From NCBI RefSeq assembly GCF_964355755.1, contig NC_092678.1, positions 16,349,881 through 16,413,880 of the forward strand: 64,000 nt of DNA, in the 5' to 3' direction. The position numbers and the translations under genes are program-made. The notes beneath the pieces are model-generated. The model saw only the letters and a list, made by a program, of their open reading frames with translations. It searched no databases and was not told where the DNA came from. Source of the stretch: Antedon mediterranea. Taxonomy: Eukaryota; Animalia; Echinodermata. Numbering within the stretch: the first letter of the stretch is position 1; each line of letters opens with the position of its first letter. This document shows, in pieces, positions 13,960 through 28,106 of the stretch.

Positions 13960-15715
13960 CTGAGATAGGTAACACACTTTTAGCACGAATCAAATAGCAG
14001 GTTAAAATATTATGATAAAAGTTCAAAATTGAAAGCTAGCTTTATATCGATGTTGCGGACCTATACTAAAGCAACTGTATTGTTTCCCAGACCGCCTTTT
14101 TGTGTGCAATATTTAAAATGATTTTTACAAATATTGTGTTTGTTATTGGCTTAATTGTTGCTAAAATAATCAATTAATATTCATATTTTTTCGTTCCTGT
14201 TGAACTACAATAAATTACAATATATTCTTTTTATATATACGAGTTTTTAACCGAATATTCGGCTAGGTTACAAACATATATACAGTCAACATGTAAGTTT
14301 GTGTTTTGAAAACCATATTTTTTTCACAAAATAATGAAATTGGCAAGAAATTAGAAATATTCTTAAATAAAAAATATTAATATAACAAAATCATTATTAT
14401 ATACTTAAATACTGAATAGAAATTGAAGAATATATTTCAGTTTTTCTGTTTAGTTTTGAGTCAATAATATCAGTGACTTGAACACAATTGTACTAATCTC
14501 ATCCACTATATATTTTTGACTAAATATTATATTCGGGATATTTCTACTGTATTTAATTCGTACAACTTGGGTACCAAATACATTTTCAAACATGTTTGAT
14601 ATACCGAAAGATTGAAACTTCTTTTTAGTTGCTTTTTTTAAATTTAATACTTTATTTTCTTTGAGATCCAATTACTGTCATTTTTTCTCCAAATCGTTGG
14701 ATTTAATATATGTTAGTCAACATTATTCAGTAAGTGGGGTTCTTACAACCAAAAATCTGTTCTGAATACAGTGTTAGGGTTTCGTTTTTTTAAAAATATA
14801 AACAAACAGCATCTAAATGGTTCGCTATTACGTTGAATAAAATAGTCAAAATAGTTTATTGGTTAGGACATCTATATTTATGTTGTTTGAATATTTTCTC
14901 ATTCTCGCAGATTTCCTCATCTCTTTATCGTTGAAATTAATTTATCAAACAATTTATAAAAACAATTTCGATCGATTATATATTTTAAAGTGTAACTTTC
15001 ACCAGGTTCACCGATACAGTATTTTAGATAAGTTCAGTGGTTTTTATAAAGACACTTAAATATCATGGAGTTGGTACACATACATAATTCCAGACTCATT
15101 AATAAGTTCAACAGAGTATTTAGTACAATTCCCTTTAACACACGAGTTGCCATTTAATACCATACTTTTTGGAGGTCTGAAATTTATGAATGATACATGA
15201 ACTATATTCGTTAAATAAACAATACACAAAAATAAAGGATTAAAAATAGATTTTATGGATTAAATCTATTCTTCCAAAATGGGAGCAGACAAAACACATG
15301 AAAACAGCAACAAGTTAGAAAATAGGCAAACTTCAAATCAAACTTGTCATTATATTATATAGACAAATCATGGAAAGAGAAATGGCAACAAATCATAGAA
15401 AAAGAAATGGCAGTTAATATTAGGTATGTCATAATTATATATTGAAAGGCTTAGTGGTGAAAATGTTATCTTAAAATGTTTGAAATGTGTATGTATGTTA
15501 ACTGTATATTTAAAAAGAATAGATAATTAATAATTCCGAATAGGATTGTATTTCAAAATATTGTAGATATAATAAAATTCTATTTTAAGTCAATCATGTT
15601 TTAATTTTTTTTAAATACATATGTATATACTGTATATATATAGATATGACAGTAGTACTGTATTTCTAATCTTTAGGCTGGTTTATTTTGCAAATCCAAT
15701 AATAATATACTGTAA

Positions 15716-17256
15716 CTAGAATTTAATTCGTCACTTTGACGAATTATAGGTGATCATTTTTATCATTTTAATGAAATTAACATTTTTTAAACATGCACGT
15801 ACGTTAACATACGATCGTAAAAAGCTGATGTACGCCATCCTATGACATGATGCATATACACTTATAGTGCTGAGTTGTACCTATTATGTACAGTATATAC
15901 TGTATCTATATACAGTGTAGCATAGGTGAAATTACTGGACCCACATCATGTTCAAATTTTTCGGTATGATGGAATTATCAAAATAAACTCGAAGATGACA
16001 GTTTCGAACGATAATGAATTGAGCAAATAAATATAAGGATTGGAAGAGAATTTGGCACGAAGAAGCGCAATGCGCGCTCTTTGAAATTTGTATAACTTCG
16101 ACTAAAGAAATTGAAAAACAACGTTTTAACTTCAACTGGCCATATGAAAACATCACAACATCAGATAGGCTTAATTTTTATATTAATTCATATCTTCATT
16201 TCATCAGCTTTCATAATAAGTTATAATCTTCAAGGTCACCTTTAATTCTGAAGAGCTATAATATATTCAAATGTAAGGTGTAGCTGAAATTACACGACCT
16301 ATGTTATTCAAGTTTTTACGCGTGATAATGTCATCAAAATAAAAATATTGACAACTCCTGAGAAAGATAATTAATTGAGCAAGCACATACTAAAACTTCT
16401 TCGAAAATCGAGCTAAAATAACGGAGATGCGCTCTATTGAATGTGAAAACCCATACAAAAAGATAAAAATTACTAATTTTTAAATTGAAGTGGCCATTTG
16501 ATGACGTCATACCATTTTGTACGTCTAATGTGTACATGAATATGTTTCTACAACCCAATGGCTTCCCGAATAATTTAAAAAAATTGGGGGTCACCTGTCA
16601 TTCTGAAGAGTTATATTCATTTTAAAAAGGCCTTATTTTTCACCATTTTCATCACTTTGATGCAATTAATTTGCGCATTTTGATATTTTTAACCTGCTCG
16701 TATACCGTTATTTTAAGTCGGAACTGACTCAAATTTGGTGAATGTACTAAGGATGGTGAGTAGAATGCGATTTGTATAAAAAATTGCAATTTTTACACTT
16801 TGTAAGTATCGCGCGCGCAAAATAATTTTTTTGCGCAGTAATTTTTTGAAACACGCAAATGGCCTAATTCATGCTCTAAATTGATTAAAACGTAATTTTG
16901 AGCTTTTTAAATTTTTAATGCGCGATTTCACGCGCATGACCCTACGTGCGCGCGCGTTTTTATTTGATAATATTTTTACCCTTGACCTGAAGTTTACGTG
17001 TAGTGAATTTCATTAATATGTGATAATTAATTATGGAGATATGATTGATATTGCGATTTCACAAAATGGCGTATAAATGACGTCACGGGTGAGGGATCAC
17101 GCTGAAAAGCTTATTAGGACTAAGTTAAATTATTTGAAAGACATTCTGAAATTTTGGTAATCATTGACATTAAACTTTTTGAGATATTTGTTACACAAAA
17201 TCTGTACAGAAAGAAATTGCAAAGAAACATTTTTTTTTTACAAAAACAATTTCTCA
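15716..17256 (-). mobile_element. Family A unit A1 (lacks 5' hairpin)
   Basis: Starts on + with CTAGAATTTAATTCGTCACTTTGACGAATTATAGGTGATCAT and ends ...CAAAAACAATTTCTCA. Confidence 0.8.
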
Positions 17257-18799
17257 CTAGAATTTAATTCGTCACTTTGACGAATTATAGGTGATCATTT
17301 TTATCATTTTAATGAAATTAACATTTTTTAAACATGCACGTACGTTAACATACGATCGTAAAAAGCTGATGTACGCCATCCTATGACATGATGCATATAC
17401 ACTTATAGTGCTGAGTTGTACCTATTATGTACAGTATATACTGTATCTATATACACTGTAGCATAGGTGAAATTACTGGACCCACAGCTGATGTTCAAAT
17501 TTTTCGGTATGATGGAATTATCAAAATAAACTCGAAGATGACAGTTTCGAAAGATAATGAATTGAGCAAATAAATATAAGGATTGGAAGAGAATTTGGCA
17601 CGTAGAAGCGCAATGCGCGCTCTTTGAAATTTGTATAACTTCGACTAAAGAAATTTAAAAACAACGTTTTAACTTCAACTGGCCATATGATAACATCACA
17701 ACATCCGATAGGCTTAATTTTTATATTAATTCATATCTTCATTTCATCAGCTTTCGTAATAAGTTATAATCTTCAAGGTCACCTTTAATTCTGAAGAGCT
17801 ATAATATATTCAAATGTAAGGTGTAGCTGAAATTACACGACCTATGTTATTCAAGTTTTTACGCGTGATGATGTCATCAAAATAAAAATATTGACAACTC
17901 CTGAGAAAGATAATTAATTGAGCAAGCACATACTAAAACTTCTTCGAAAATCGAGCTAAAATAACGGAGATGCGCTCTATTGAATGTGAAAACCCATACA
18001 AAAAGATAAAAATTACTAATTTTTAAATTGATGTGGCCATTTGATGACGTCATACCATTTTGTACGTCTAATGTGTACATGAATATGTATCTACAACCCA
18101 ATGGCTTCCCGAATAACTTAAAAAAATTGGGGGTCACCTGCCATTCTGAAGAGTTATATTCATTTTAAAAAGGCCTTATTTTTCACCATTTTCATCACTT
18201 TGATGCAATTAATTTGCGCATTTTGATATTTTTAACCTGCTCGTATACCGTTATTTTAAGTCGGAACTGACTCAAATTTGGTGAATGTACTAAGGATGGT
18301 GAGTAGAATGCGATTTGTATAAAAAATTGCAATTTTTACACTTTGTAAGTATCGCGCGCGCAAAATAATTTTTTTGCGCAGTAATTTTTTGAAACACGCA
18401 AATGGCCTAATTCATGCTCTAAATTGATTAAAACGTAATTTTGAGCTTTTTAAATTTTTAATGCGCGATTTCACGCGCATGACCCTACGTGCGCGCGCGT
18501 TTTTATTTGATAATATTTTTACCCTTGACCTGAAGTTTACGTGTAGTGAATTTCATTAATATGTGATAATTAATTATGGAGATATGATTGATATTGCGAT
18601 TTCACAAAATGGCGTATAAATGACGTCACGGGTGAGGGATCACGCTGAAAAGCTTATTAGGACTAAGTTAAAGTATTTGAAAGACATTCTGAAATTTTGG
18701 TAATCATTGACATTAAACTTTTTGAGATATTTGTTACACAAAATCTGTACAGAAAGAAATTGCAAAGAAACATTTTTTTTTTACAAAAACAATTTCTCA
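17257..18799 (-). mobile_element. Family A unit A2 (lacks 5' hairpin; near-identical to A1)
   Basis: Same termini as A1 with few SNPs. Confidence 0.8.
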
Positions 18800-20349
18800 C
18801 TAGAATTTAATTCGTCACTTTGACGAATTATAGGTGATCATTTTTATCATTTTATTGACATTAATATTTTTTAAACATGCACGTATGTTAACATACAATC
18901 GGAAAATGTTGATGTATGCCATACTATTATACGCTATAGTACTGAGTTGTGCCTATTATATGCCATATACATTATGTACAGTATATACTGTATATCTATA
19001 TACAGTGTAGCATTAGTGAAACTACGGACACACATCATGTTCTAATTTGTTGGCACTGATGACATTATCAAAATAAACTTGTGGATAACAATATCGAAAG
19101 ATAATGAATTGAGCAATAAAATATAGCAATTGGAAGAAAATTTGGCACGTAGAAGCGCGGTGCGCGCTCTTTATAAAATTTGTATAACTTTGACGAAAGA
19201 GATGAAAAAATTGCTTTTAACTTCAACTGGCCATATGATAACGTCACTAGATTCGATAGGCTTAATTTTTATATGAATTCATATCTAAATTTAACCAGCT
19301 CTCTTAATAAGTTATAATTATCAAGGTCAACTTTAATTCAGAAGAGCTGTAAAGTATTCAAATATACGTTGTAGGTGAAATTACCTAACCATCGTTATTC
19401 AAATTTTAAGACGTGATGACGTCATCAAAATGAAAATATTGGAAACACATGAGTAACATAATTGGTTGAAGTAGAATATATTAAAAATTAAAAGAAAATC
19501 GATCACAGATTAGCGAGTTGCGCTCTGTTGAATATGGTAGTCTATAACAAAAGGGGAAGAAACCCTGTTTTAAAAATCCATGTGGCCAAATGATGACGTC
19601 ATACCATTTTGTACGTCTAATGTGTATATACATTTATATCTACAACTCATTGGCTTCCATAATAAGTAAAAAAAATTGGGGGTTACCTTCCATTCTGAAG
19701 AGTTATATTCATTTTAAAGAGGCCTTATTTTTTACCATTTTTAGCACTTTTGTACAATTAATGTGCGCATTTTGTCATTTTTAACGTGCTCGTATAGCAC
19801 TATTTTAAGTCGAAATGGACTCAAATTTGGTGAATGTACTATGAAAGATGAGCAGAATGCAATTTGTACAAAAAAATGTTATTTTTTTACGCTTTCTATG
19901 TACGCACGCGCAAAAACGTGTTTTTACGCAGTAATTTTTTAAAACACGTAAATGGCCTAATTCATGCTCTAAATTGATCAAAACTTAATTTTGAGCTTTT
20001 TAAATTTTTAACGCGCTATTTCATGCGCAAGACCCTACGTGTGCGTGCGTTTTTATTTGCTAATATTTTTACGCTTTACCTGAAGTTTACGTGTAGTGAA
20101 TTTCATTAATATGTGATAATTAATTATGGAGATATGATTGATAATGTGATTTCACAAAATGGCGTATAGATGACGTCACGGATGAGTGATCACGTTGAAA
20201 AGCTTATTAGGACTAAATTAAAGTATTTGAAACACATTCTGAAATTTTGGTAATCATTGACATTAAACTTTTTGAGATATTTGTTACACAAAATCTGTAC
20301 AGAAAAAAATTGCAAAGAAACATTTTTTTTTTACAAAAACAATTTCTCA
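18800..20349 (-). mobile_element. Family A unit A3 (divergent; lacks 5' hairpin)
   Basis: Same termini as A1; the body is clearly more diverged. Confidence 0.8.
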
Positions 20350-23300
20350 CTAGAATTTAATTCGTCACTTTGACGAATTATAGGTGATCATTGTTATCAT
20401 TTTAATGAAATTAACATTTTTTCAACATGCACGTACGTTAACATACGATCGTTAAAAGTTGATATACGCCATCCTATGTCATGATGCATATACACTCATA
20501 CTGAGTTGTACCTATTATGTGTCATACAATATGTACAGTATATACTGTATATCTATATACAGTGTAGCATAGGTGAAATTATGGGACACACATCATGTTC
20601 TAATTTTTTGGTAAGATGGAATTATCAAAATAAACTCGAAGATCACAATTTCGAAAGATAATGAATTACGCAAATAAATATAAAGATTGGAAGAGAATTT
20701 GACACGTAGAAGCGCAATGCGCGCTCTTTGAAATTTGTATAACTTCGACTAAAGAAATTTAAAAACTACGTTTTAACTTCAACTGGCCATATGATAACAT
20801 CACAACATCCGATAGGCTTAATTTTTATATTAATTCATGTCTACATTTTATCAGCTTTCATAATAAGTTATAATCTTCAAGGTCACCTTTAATTCTGAAG
20901 AGCTATAATATATTCAAATTTACGGTGTAGCTGAAATTACACGACCTACGTTATTCAAGTTTTTACGCGTGATGATGTCTTCAAAATAAAAATGTTGACA
21001 ACTCCTGAGAAAGATAATTAATTGAGCAAGCACATACTAAAACTTCTGCGAAAATCGAGCTAAATTAACGGAGATGCGCTCTATTAAATGTGATAACCCA
21101 TACAAAAAGATAAAAATTACTAATTTTTAAATTGAAGTGGCCATTTGATGACGTCATACCATTTTGTACGTCTAATATGTACATGAATATGTATCTACAA
21201 CCCAATGGCTCCCCGAATAACTTAAAAAAATTGGGGGTCACCTGCCATTCTGAAGATTTATATTCATTTTAAAAAGGCCTTATTTTTCACCATTTTCATC
21301 ATTTTGATGCAATTAATTTGCGCATTTTGACATTTTTAACCTGCTCGTATACCGTTATTTTAAGTCGGAACTGACTCAAATTTGGTGAATGTACTAAGGA
21401 TGGTGAGTAGAATACGATTTGTATAAAAAAATTGCAATTTTTACACTTTGTAAGTATCGCGCGCGCAAAATAATTTTTTTGCGCAGTAATTTTTTGAAAC
21501 ACGCAAATGGCCTAATTCATGCTCTAAATTGATCAAAACGTAATTTTGAGCTTTTTAAATTTTTAATGCGCAATTTCATGCGCATGACCCTAAGTGCGCG
21601 CGCGTTTTTATTTGCTAATATTTTTACCCTTGACCTGAAGTTAACGTGTAGTGAATTTCATAAATATGTGATAATGAATTATGGATATATGATTGATAAT
21701 GTGATTTCACAAAATGGCGTATACGTGACGTCACGGGTCAGTGATCACACTGAAAAGCTTATTATGGCTAAGTTAAAGTATTTGAAAGACATTGTGAAAT
21801 TTTTGTGATCATTGTTATTCAACTTTTTGAGATATTTGTTACACAAAAAGTGTACAGAAAGAAAAAAAACTAGACATGTAACTCGTCACTTTGACGAGTT
21901 TGGTTATCCGCAGCGCAAGTGGTGCAACATTAACATTAAGGGAATAGGTTGAGGACAAAAGGAAGTGTTCACGTTGGCATTATGACCTGAACTGAAGAAT
22001 ATGATATGTTGTTATTGCTGAATTTTATTATTTAAATTCATATATAGTATACACAGTATAATCTGTATCCATATCACATACAGTGTAGAATAGGTGAAAT
22101 TACGGGACCCGCTATTTATTGCAATTTTTAACATGTTGACGGTTTTAAAATGAAACGCGAAGGTAGCAATTCCGAAAGGAAATTATCTCAGCAACAACGT
22201 ATTAGCGTGTAGAAGAAATTTGAATACGTGAAATATTGATGCGCGCTCTTTTAAATGTAATGAATTATGACGCAAAAGATGAAAATACGACCTTTTTTAT
22301 TTAACTGGCCATATGATGACGTCACAACATCCGATTGGCAACATTTTAACATAATTTCGTATCTACAATCCAATAGCTTCCAGAAAAAGTTTTAATCGTG
22401 ATTATCACATTTTATTCTTACGAGCTATAACAGATTAAAATTTACTGTAAAGATGAAATTGATGCCACACGTGATTTCAATTTTTAGGCATGATGACGTC
22501 ATAAAAATTAAAATATTTTTCACTCATGCGAAAGATAGTTGATTGACCTAGACAATATCAAAATCGGGGTGAAAATGGAAAACGGATAAGTGGAGATGCG
22601 CTCTATTCAATGTGATGAGCTATGACGAAAGATACAAAAATCCTAAATTTTATATTCGCGTGGCCATACGATGACGTCACAATGTCCGGTTAGCCATATT
22701 AATACCTGATCCGATATCTACAACTCATCTACTTCCAGAATATGCCATCCACAAAAAGTTGACCTTCTAGTTTAGAAATTACGACTGTTTAAAAAAAGGC
22801 ATATTTTAAACGAATTTTTTAACCTTTTCATAAAAAACGCGCGCAAATTGTCCAATTCGACGTGCTCGTATCACGTATCTTTAAGTCGAAATTGTTAAAA
22901 ATTTGGTAAAATTACATGAAAAGGCTGGAAAAACATAAATCACGCAAAAAAAATACGTTTTCAATGCTACGTGCGCACCGCACACGTAAAAATGTGCGCA
23001 CGCGTGGGAATTTTTGACATGCTTAAAACGACATGAAACACGTAGAAAGTTGATTATAAATTAATTTCGCGCATTTTGAAATTTTAAATGCGCGTGCGCG
23101 CGTAACTTTGTGTAAAACACGCAATTTTTTTTCAACAGAAAGTTAGCGCATGATATAAATTAAACTTTTGCAAAGTTTCACTTTAAAATGTTATTTGGTT
23201 TTTGACATATGTTAAATACGAGAAAATCGTTAAATCGCGCGTACGTCACGTTGCGCAATTGTAAACATCATGAAAAGCTTCGCTTGACGACGTTACATAA

Positions 23301-23522
23301 ATGTCAAAATGTTAACATAGTTAACAAAATGTTATGTTTGCAAGTTTCAGAGAAAAGCGTTACACAAAAATCATACAGAAAGAAAGAAGAAAAATAAAAA
23401 GTTGATGTTGATGATTTCGTACAATCACAAGAGGTTATCCTGCAACTTCGTTGCGGATAACCAATAATAAAGATTTCATACAATAACAATAGGTGATCAT
23501 TTTATTCTAAATGATCACCTAA
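20350..23522 (-). mobile_element. Family A element A4, interrupted by B1
   Basis: The A-type closing hairpin TAGGTGATCATTT-TATTCT-AAATGATCACCTAA ends at 23522, after B1. Confidence 0.8.
21870..23464 (-). mobile_element. Family B element B1 (complete, 1595 bp)
   Basis: CTAGACATGTAACTCGTCACTTTGACGAGTTTGGTTATCCGC ... GGTTATCCTGCAACTTCGTTGCGGATAACCAA. Confidence 0.85.
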
Positions 23523-25076
23523 CTAGAATTTAATTCGTCACTTTGACGAATTATAGGTGATCATTGTTATCATTTTAATGAAATTAACATTTTTTAAACA
23601 TGCATGTACGTTAACATACGATCGTAAAAAGTTGATGTACGCCATCCTATGACATGATGCATAATCTTATATCGCTGAGTTGTGCCTATTATATGCTATA
23701 TACAATATGTACAGTATACTGTATATCTATATACAGTGTAGCATAGGTGAAATTACGGGACACACATCATGTTCTAATTTTTTGGTATGATGGAATTATC
23801 AAATTAAACTCAAAGATGACAATTTCGAAAGATAATAAATTGAGCAAATAAATATAAGAATTGGAAGAGAATCTGGCACGTAGAAGCGCTGTGCGCGCTC
23901 TTTGAAATTTGTATAACTTTGACGAAAATGATGAAAAAACTACTTTTTAACTTCATCTGGCCATATGTTAACGTCACAACATCTGATAGGCTTGGTTTTT
24001 ATATGAATTCATATCTACATTTCATCAGCTTTCATAATAAATTATAATCGTCAAGGTAACCTTCAATTCTGAAGAGCTGTAAGATATTCAAATTTACGGC
24101 GAAGGTGAAATTACACGACCTACGTTATTCAAGTTTTTACGCGTGATGACGTAATCAAAATGAAAACACTGACAACTTATGAGAAAGATAAATAATTAAG
24201 CAAGCACACACTGAAATTTGTGCGAAAATCGGGCTCAAATAGCAGAGATGCGCTCTATTGAATGTGATAACCTACACAAAACGGAAAAAAATCCTAATTT
24301 TTAAATTCAAGTGGCCATTTGATGACGTAATACCATTTTGTACGTCTAATGTTTATATACATTTATATCTACAACTTATTGGCTTCCATATTAAGTTAAA
24401 AAAATTGGGGGTCACCTGCCATTCTGAAGAGTTATATTCATTTTAAAAAGGCCTTAATTTTTACAATTTTTTGCACTTTTGTGCAATTAATGTGCGCATT
24501 TTGTCATGTTTAACGTGCTCGTACAGCGTTATTTTAAGTCGGAATGGACTCAAAATCGGAGAATGTACTAAGGATTGTGAGTAGAATGTGATGTTTACAT
24601 CAAATTTTATTTTTTACGCTTTTTACGAATTGAGTGCGCAAAAACACGTTTTTGCGCAGTAATTTTTTAAAACACGCAAATGGCCTAATTCATGCTCTAA
24701 ATTGATCAAAACATAATTTTGAGCTTTTTAAATTTTTAACGAGCGATTTCACGCGCATGACCCTACGTGCGCGTGCATTTTTATTTGCTAATATTTTTAC
24801 CCTTGATCTGAAGTTTACGTATAGTGAATTTCATTAATATGTGATAATTAATTATGGAGATATGATTGATAATGTGATTTCACAAAATGGCGAATAGATG
24901 ACGTCACGGATGAGTGATCACGCTGAAAACTTTATTAGGACTAAGTTAAAGTATTGGAAAGACATTCTGAAATGTTGGTAATCATTGACATTAAACTTTT
25001 TGAGATATTTGTTACACAAAATCTGTACAGAAAGAAATTGCGAAGAAACATTTTATTTTACAAAAACAATTTCTCA
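23523..25076 (-). mobile_element. Family A unit A5 (lacks 5' hairpin)
   Basis: Ends ...CAATTTCTCA, directly joined to A6. Confidence 0.8.
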
Positions 25077-28000
25077 CTAGAATTTAATTCGTCACTTTGA
25101 CGAATTATAGGTGATCATTGTTATCATTTTAATGAAATTAACATTTTTTAAACATGCACGTACGTTAACATACGATCGTAAAAAGTTGATGTACGCCATC
25201 CTATGACATGATGCCTACGCTTATATCGCTGAGTTGTGCCTATTATGTGCCATATACAATATGTACAGTGTATACTGTATATATACAGTGTAGCATAGGT
25301 GAAATTACGGGACACACATCATGTTCTAATTTGTTGGTATGATGGAATTATCAAAATAAACTCAAAGATGACAATTTCGAAAGATAATGAATTGAGCAAA
25401 TAAATATAAGAATTGGAAGAGAATCTGGCACGTAGAAGCGCTGTGCGTGCTCTTTGAAATTTGTATAACTTTGACGAAAAAGATGAAAAAACTACTTTTT
25501 AACTTCATCTGGCCATATGTTAACGTCACAACATCCGACAGGCTTGGTTTTTATATGAATTCATATCTACATTTCATCAGCTTTTATAATAAATTATAAT
25601 CATCAAGGTAACCTTCAATTCTGAAGAGCTGTAAGATATTCAAATTTACGGCGAAGGTGAAATTACACGACCTACGTTATTCAAGTTTTTACGTGTGATG
25701 ACATCATCAAAATGAAAATGTTGACAACTCATGAGAAAGATAAGTAACTGAGCAAGCATATACTAATATTTGTGCGAAAATCGGGCTCAAATAGCGGAGA
25801 TGCGCTCTATTGAATGTGATAAACTACACAAAACGGAAAAAAATCCTAATTTTTAAATTGAAGTGGCCATTTGATGACGTAATACCATTTTGTACGTATA
25901 ATGTGTATATACATTTGTATCTACAACTTATTGGCTTCCAAATTAAGTTAAAAAAATTGGGGGTCATCTGCCATTCTGAAGAGTTATATTCATTTTAAAA
26001 AGGCCCTACTTTTTACCATTTTTAGCACTTTTGTACAATTAATGTGCGCATTTTGTCATTTTTAACGTGCTCGTATAGCGTTATTTTAAGTCTGAATGGA
26101 CTCAAAGTCGGAGATTGTACTAAGGATTATGAGTAGAATGTGATGTATACATCAAATTTTATTTTTTACGCTTTTTAAAAATCCTGTGCGCAAAAATCTA
26201 TTTTTGCGCAGTAATTTTTTAAAACACGCAAATGGCCTATTTTATGCTCTAAATTGATCAAAACTTAATTTTGAGCTTTTTAAAATTTTAACACGCGATT
26301 TCACGTGCATGACCTTGAAACACGTAAGTTTTTATTTGTTAATATTTTTACCCTTCACCTGAAGTTTACGTATAGTGAATTTTATTGATATGTGATAAAG
26401 AGTTATGGAGATATGATTGATAGTGTGATTTCACAAAATCGCGTATACGTGACGTCACGGTTGAGTGATCACGCTGAAAAGCTTATTATGGCTAAGTTAA
26501 AGTATTTGAAAGACACTGTGAATTTTTTGTGATCATTGCCATTCAACTTTTTGAGATAATTGTTACACAAAAAGTGTACAGAAAGAATAAAAAAAATAAA
26601 AACTAGAATTTAATTCGTCACTTTGACGAATTATAGGTGATCATTGTTATCATTTTAATGAAATTAACATTTTTTAAACATGCATGTACGTTAACATACG
26701 ATCGTAAAAAGTTGATGTACGCCATCCTATGACATGATGCATACACTTATATCGCTGAGTTGTGCCTATTATATGCCATATACAATATGTACAGTATATA
26801 CTGTATATCTATATACAGTGTAGCATAGGTGAAATTACGGGACACACATCATGTTCTAATTTTTTGGTATAATGGAATTATCAAAATAAACTCAAAGAGG
26901 ACAATTTCGAAAGATAATGAATTGAGCAAATAAATATAAGAATTGGAAGAGAATCTGGCACGTAGAAGTGCCGTGCGCGCTCTTTGAAATTTGTATAACT
27001 TTGACGAAAAAGATGAAAAAACTACTTTTTAACTTCATCTGGCCATATGTTAACGTCACAACATCCGATAGGCTTGGTTTTTATATGAATTCATATCTAC
27101 ATTTCATCAGCTTCCATAATAAATTATAATCATCAAAGTAACCTTCAATTCTGAAGAGCTGTAAGATATTCAAATTTACGGCGAAGGTGAAATTACACGA
27201 CCTACGTTATTCAAGTTCAAAATGAAAATGTTGACAACTCATGAGAAAGATAAGTAACTGAGCAAGCATATGCTAAAATTTGTGCGAAAATCGGGCTCAA
27301 ATAGCGGAGATGCGCTCTATTGAATGTGATAAACTACACAAAACGGAAAAAAATCCTAATTTTTAAATTGAAGTGGCCATTTGATGACGTAATACCATTT
27401 TGTACGTATAATGTGTATATACATTTGTATCTACTACTTATTGGCTTCCAAATTAAGTTAAAAAAATTGGGGGTCACCTGCCATTCTGAAGAGTTATATT
27501 CATTTTAAAAAGGCCCTACTTTTTACCATTTTTAGCACTTTTGTACAATTAATGTGCGCTTTTTTTCATTTTTAACGTGCTCGTATAGCGTTATTTTAAG
27601 TCTGAATGGACTCAAAGTCGGAGATTGTACTAAGGATTATGAGTAGAATGTGATGTATACATCAAATTTTATTTTTTACGCTTTTTAAAAATTCCGTGCG
27701 CAAAAATATATTTTTGCGCAGTAATTTTTTAAAACACGCAAATGGCCTATTTTATGCTCTAAATTGATCAAAACTTAATTTTGAGCTTTTTAAAATTTTA
27801 ACGCGCGATTTCACGTGCATGACCTTGAAAGACGTAAGTTTTTATTTGTTAATATTTTTACCCTTCACCTGAAGTTTACCTATAGTGAATTTTATTGATA
27901 TGTGATAAAGAGTTATGGAGATATGATTGATAGTGTGATTTCACAAAATCGCGTATACGTGACGTCACGGTTGAGTGATCACGCTGAAAAGCTTATTATG

Positions 28001-28106
28001 GCTAAGTTAAAGTATTTGAAAGACACTGTGAATTTTTTGTGATCATTGCCATTCAACTTTTTGAGATAATTGTTACACAAAAAGTGTACAGAAAGAATAA
28101 AAAAAA

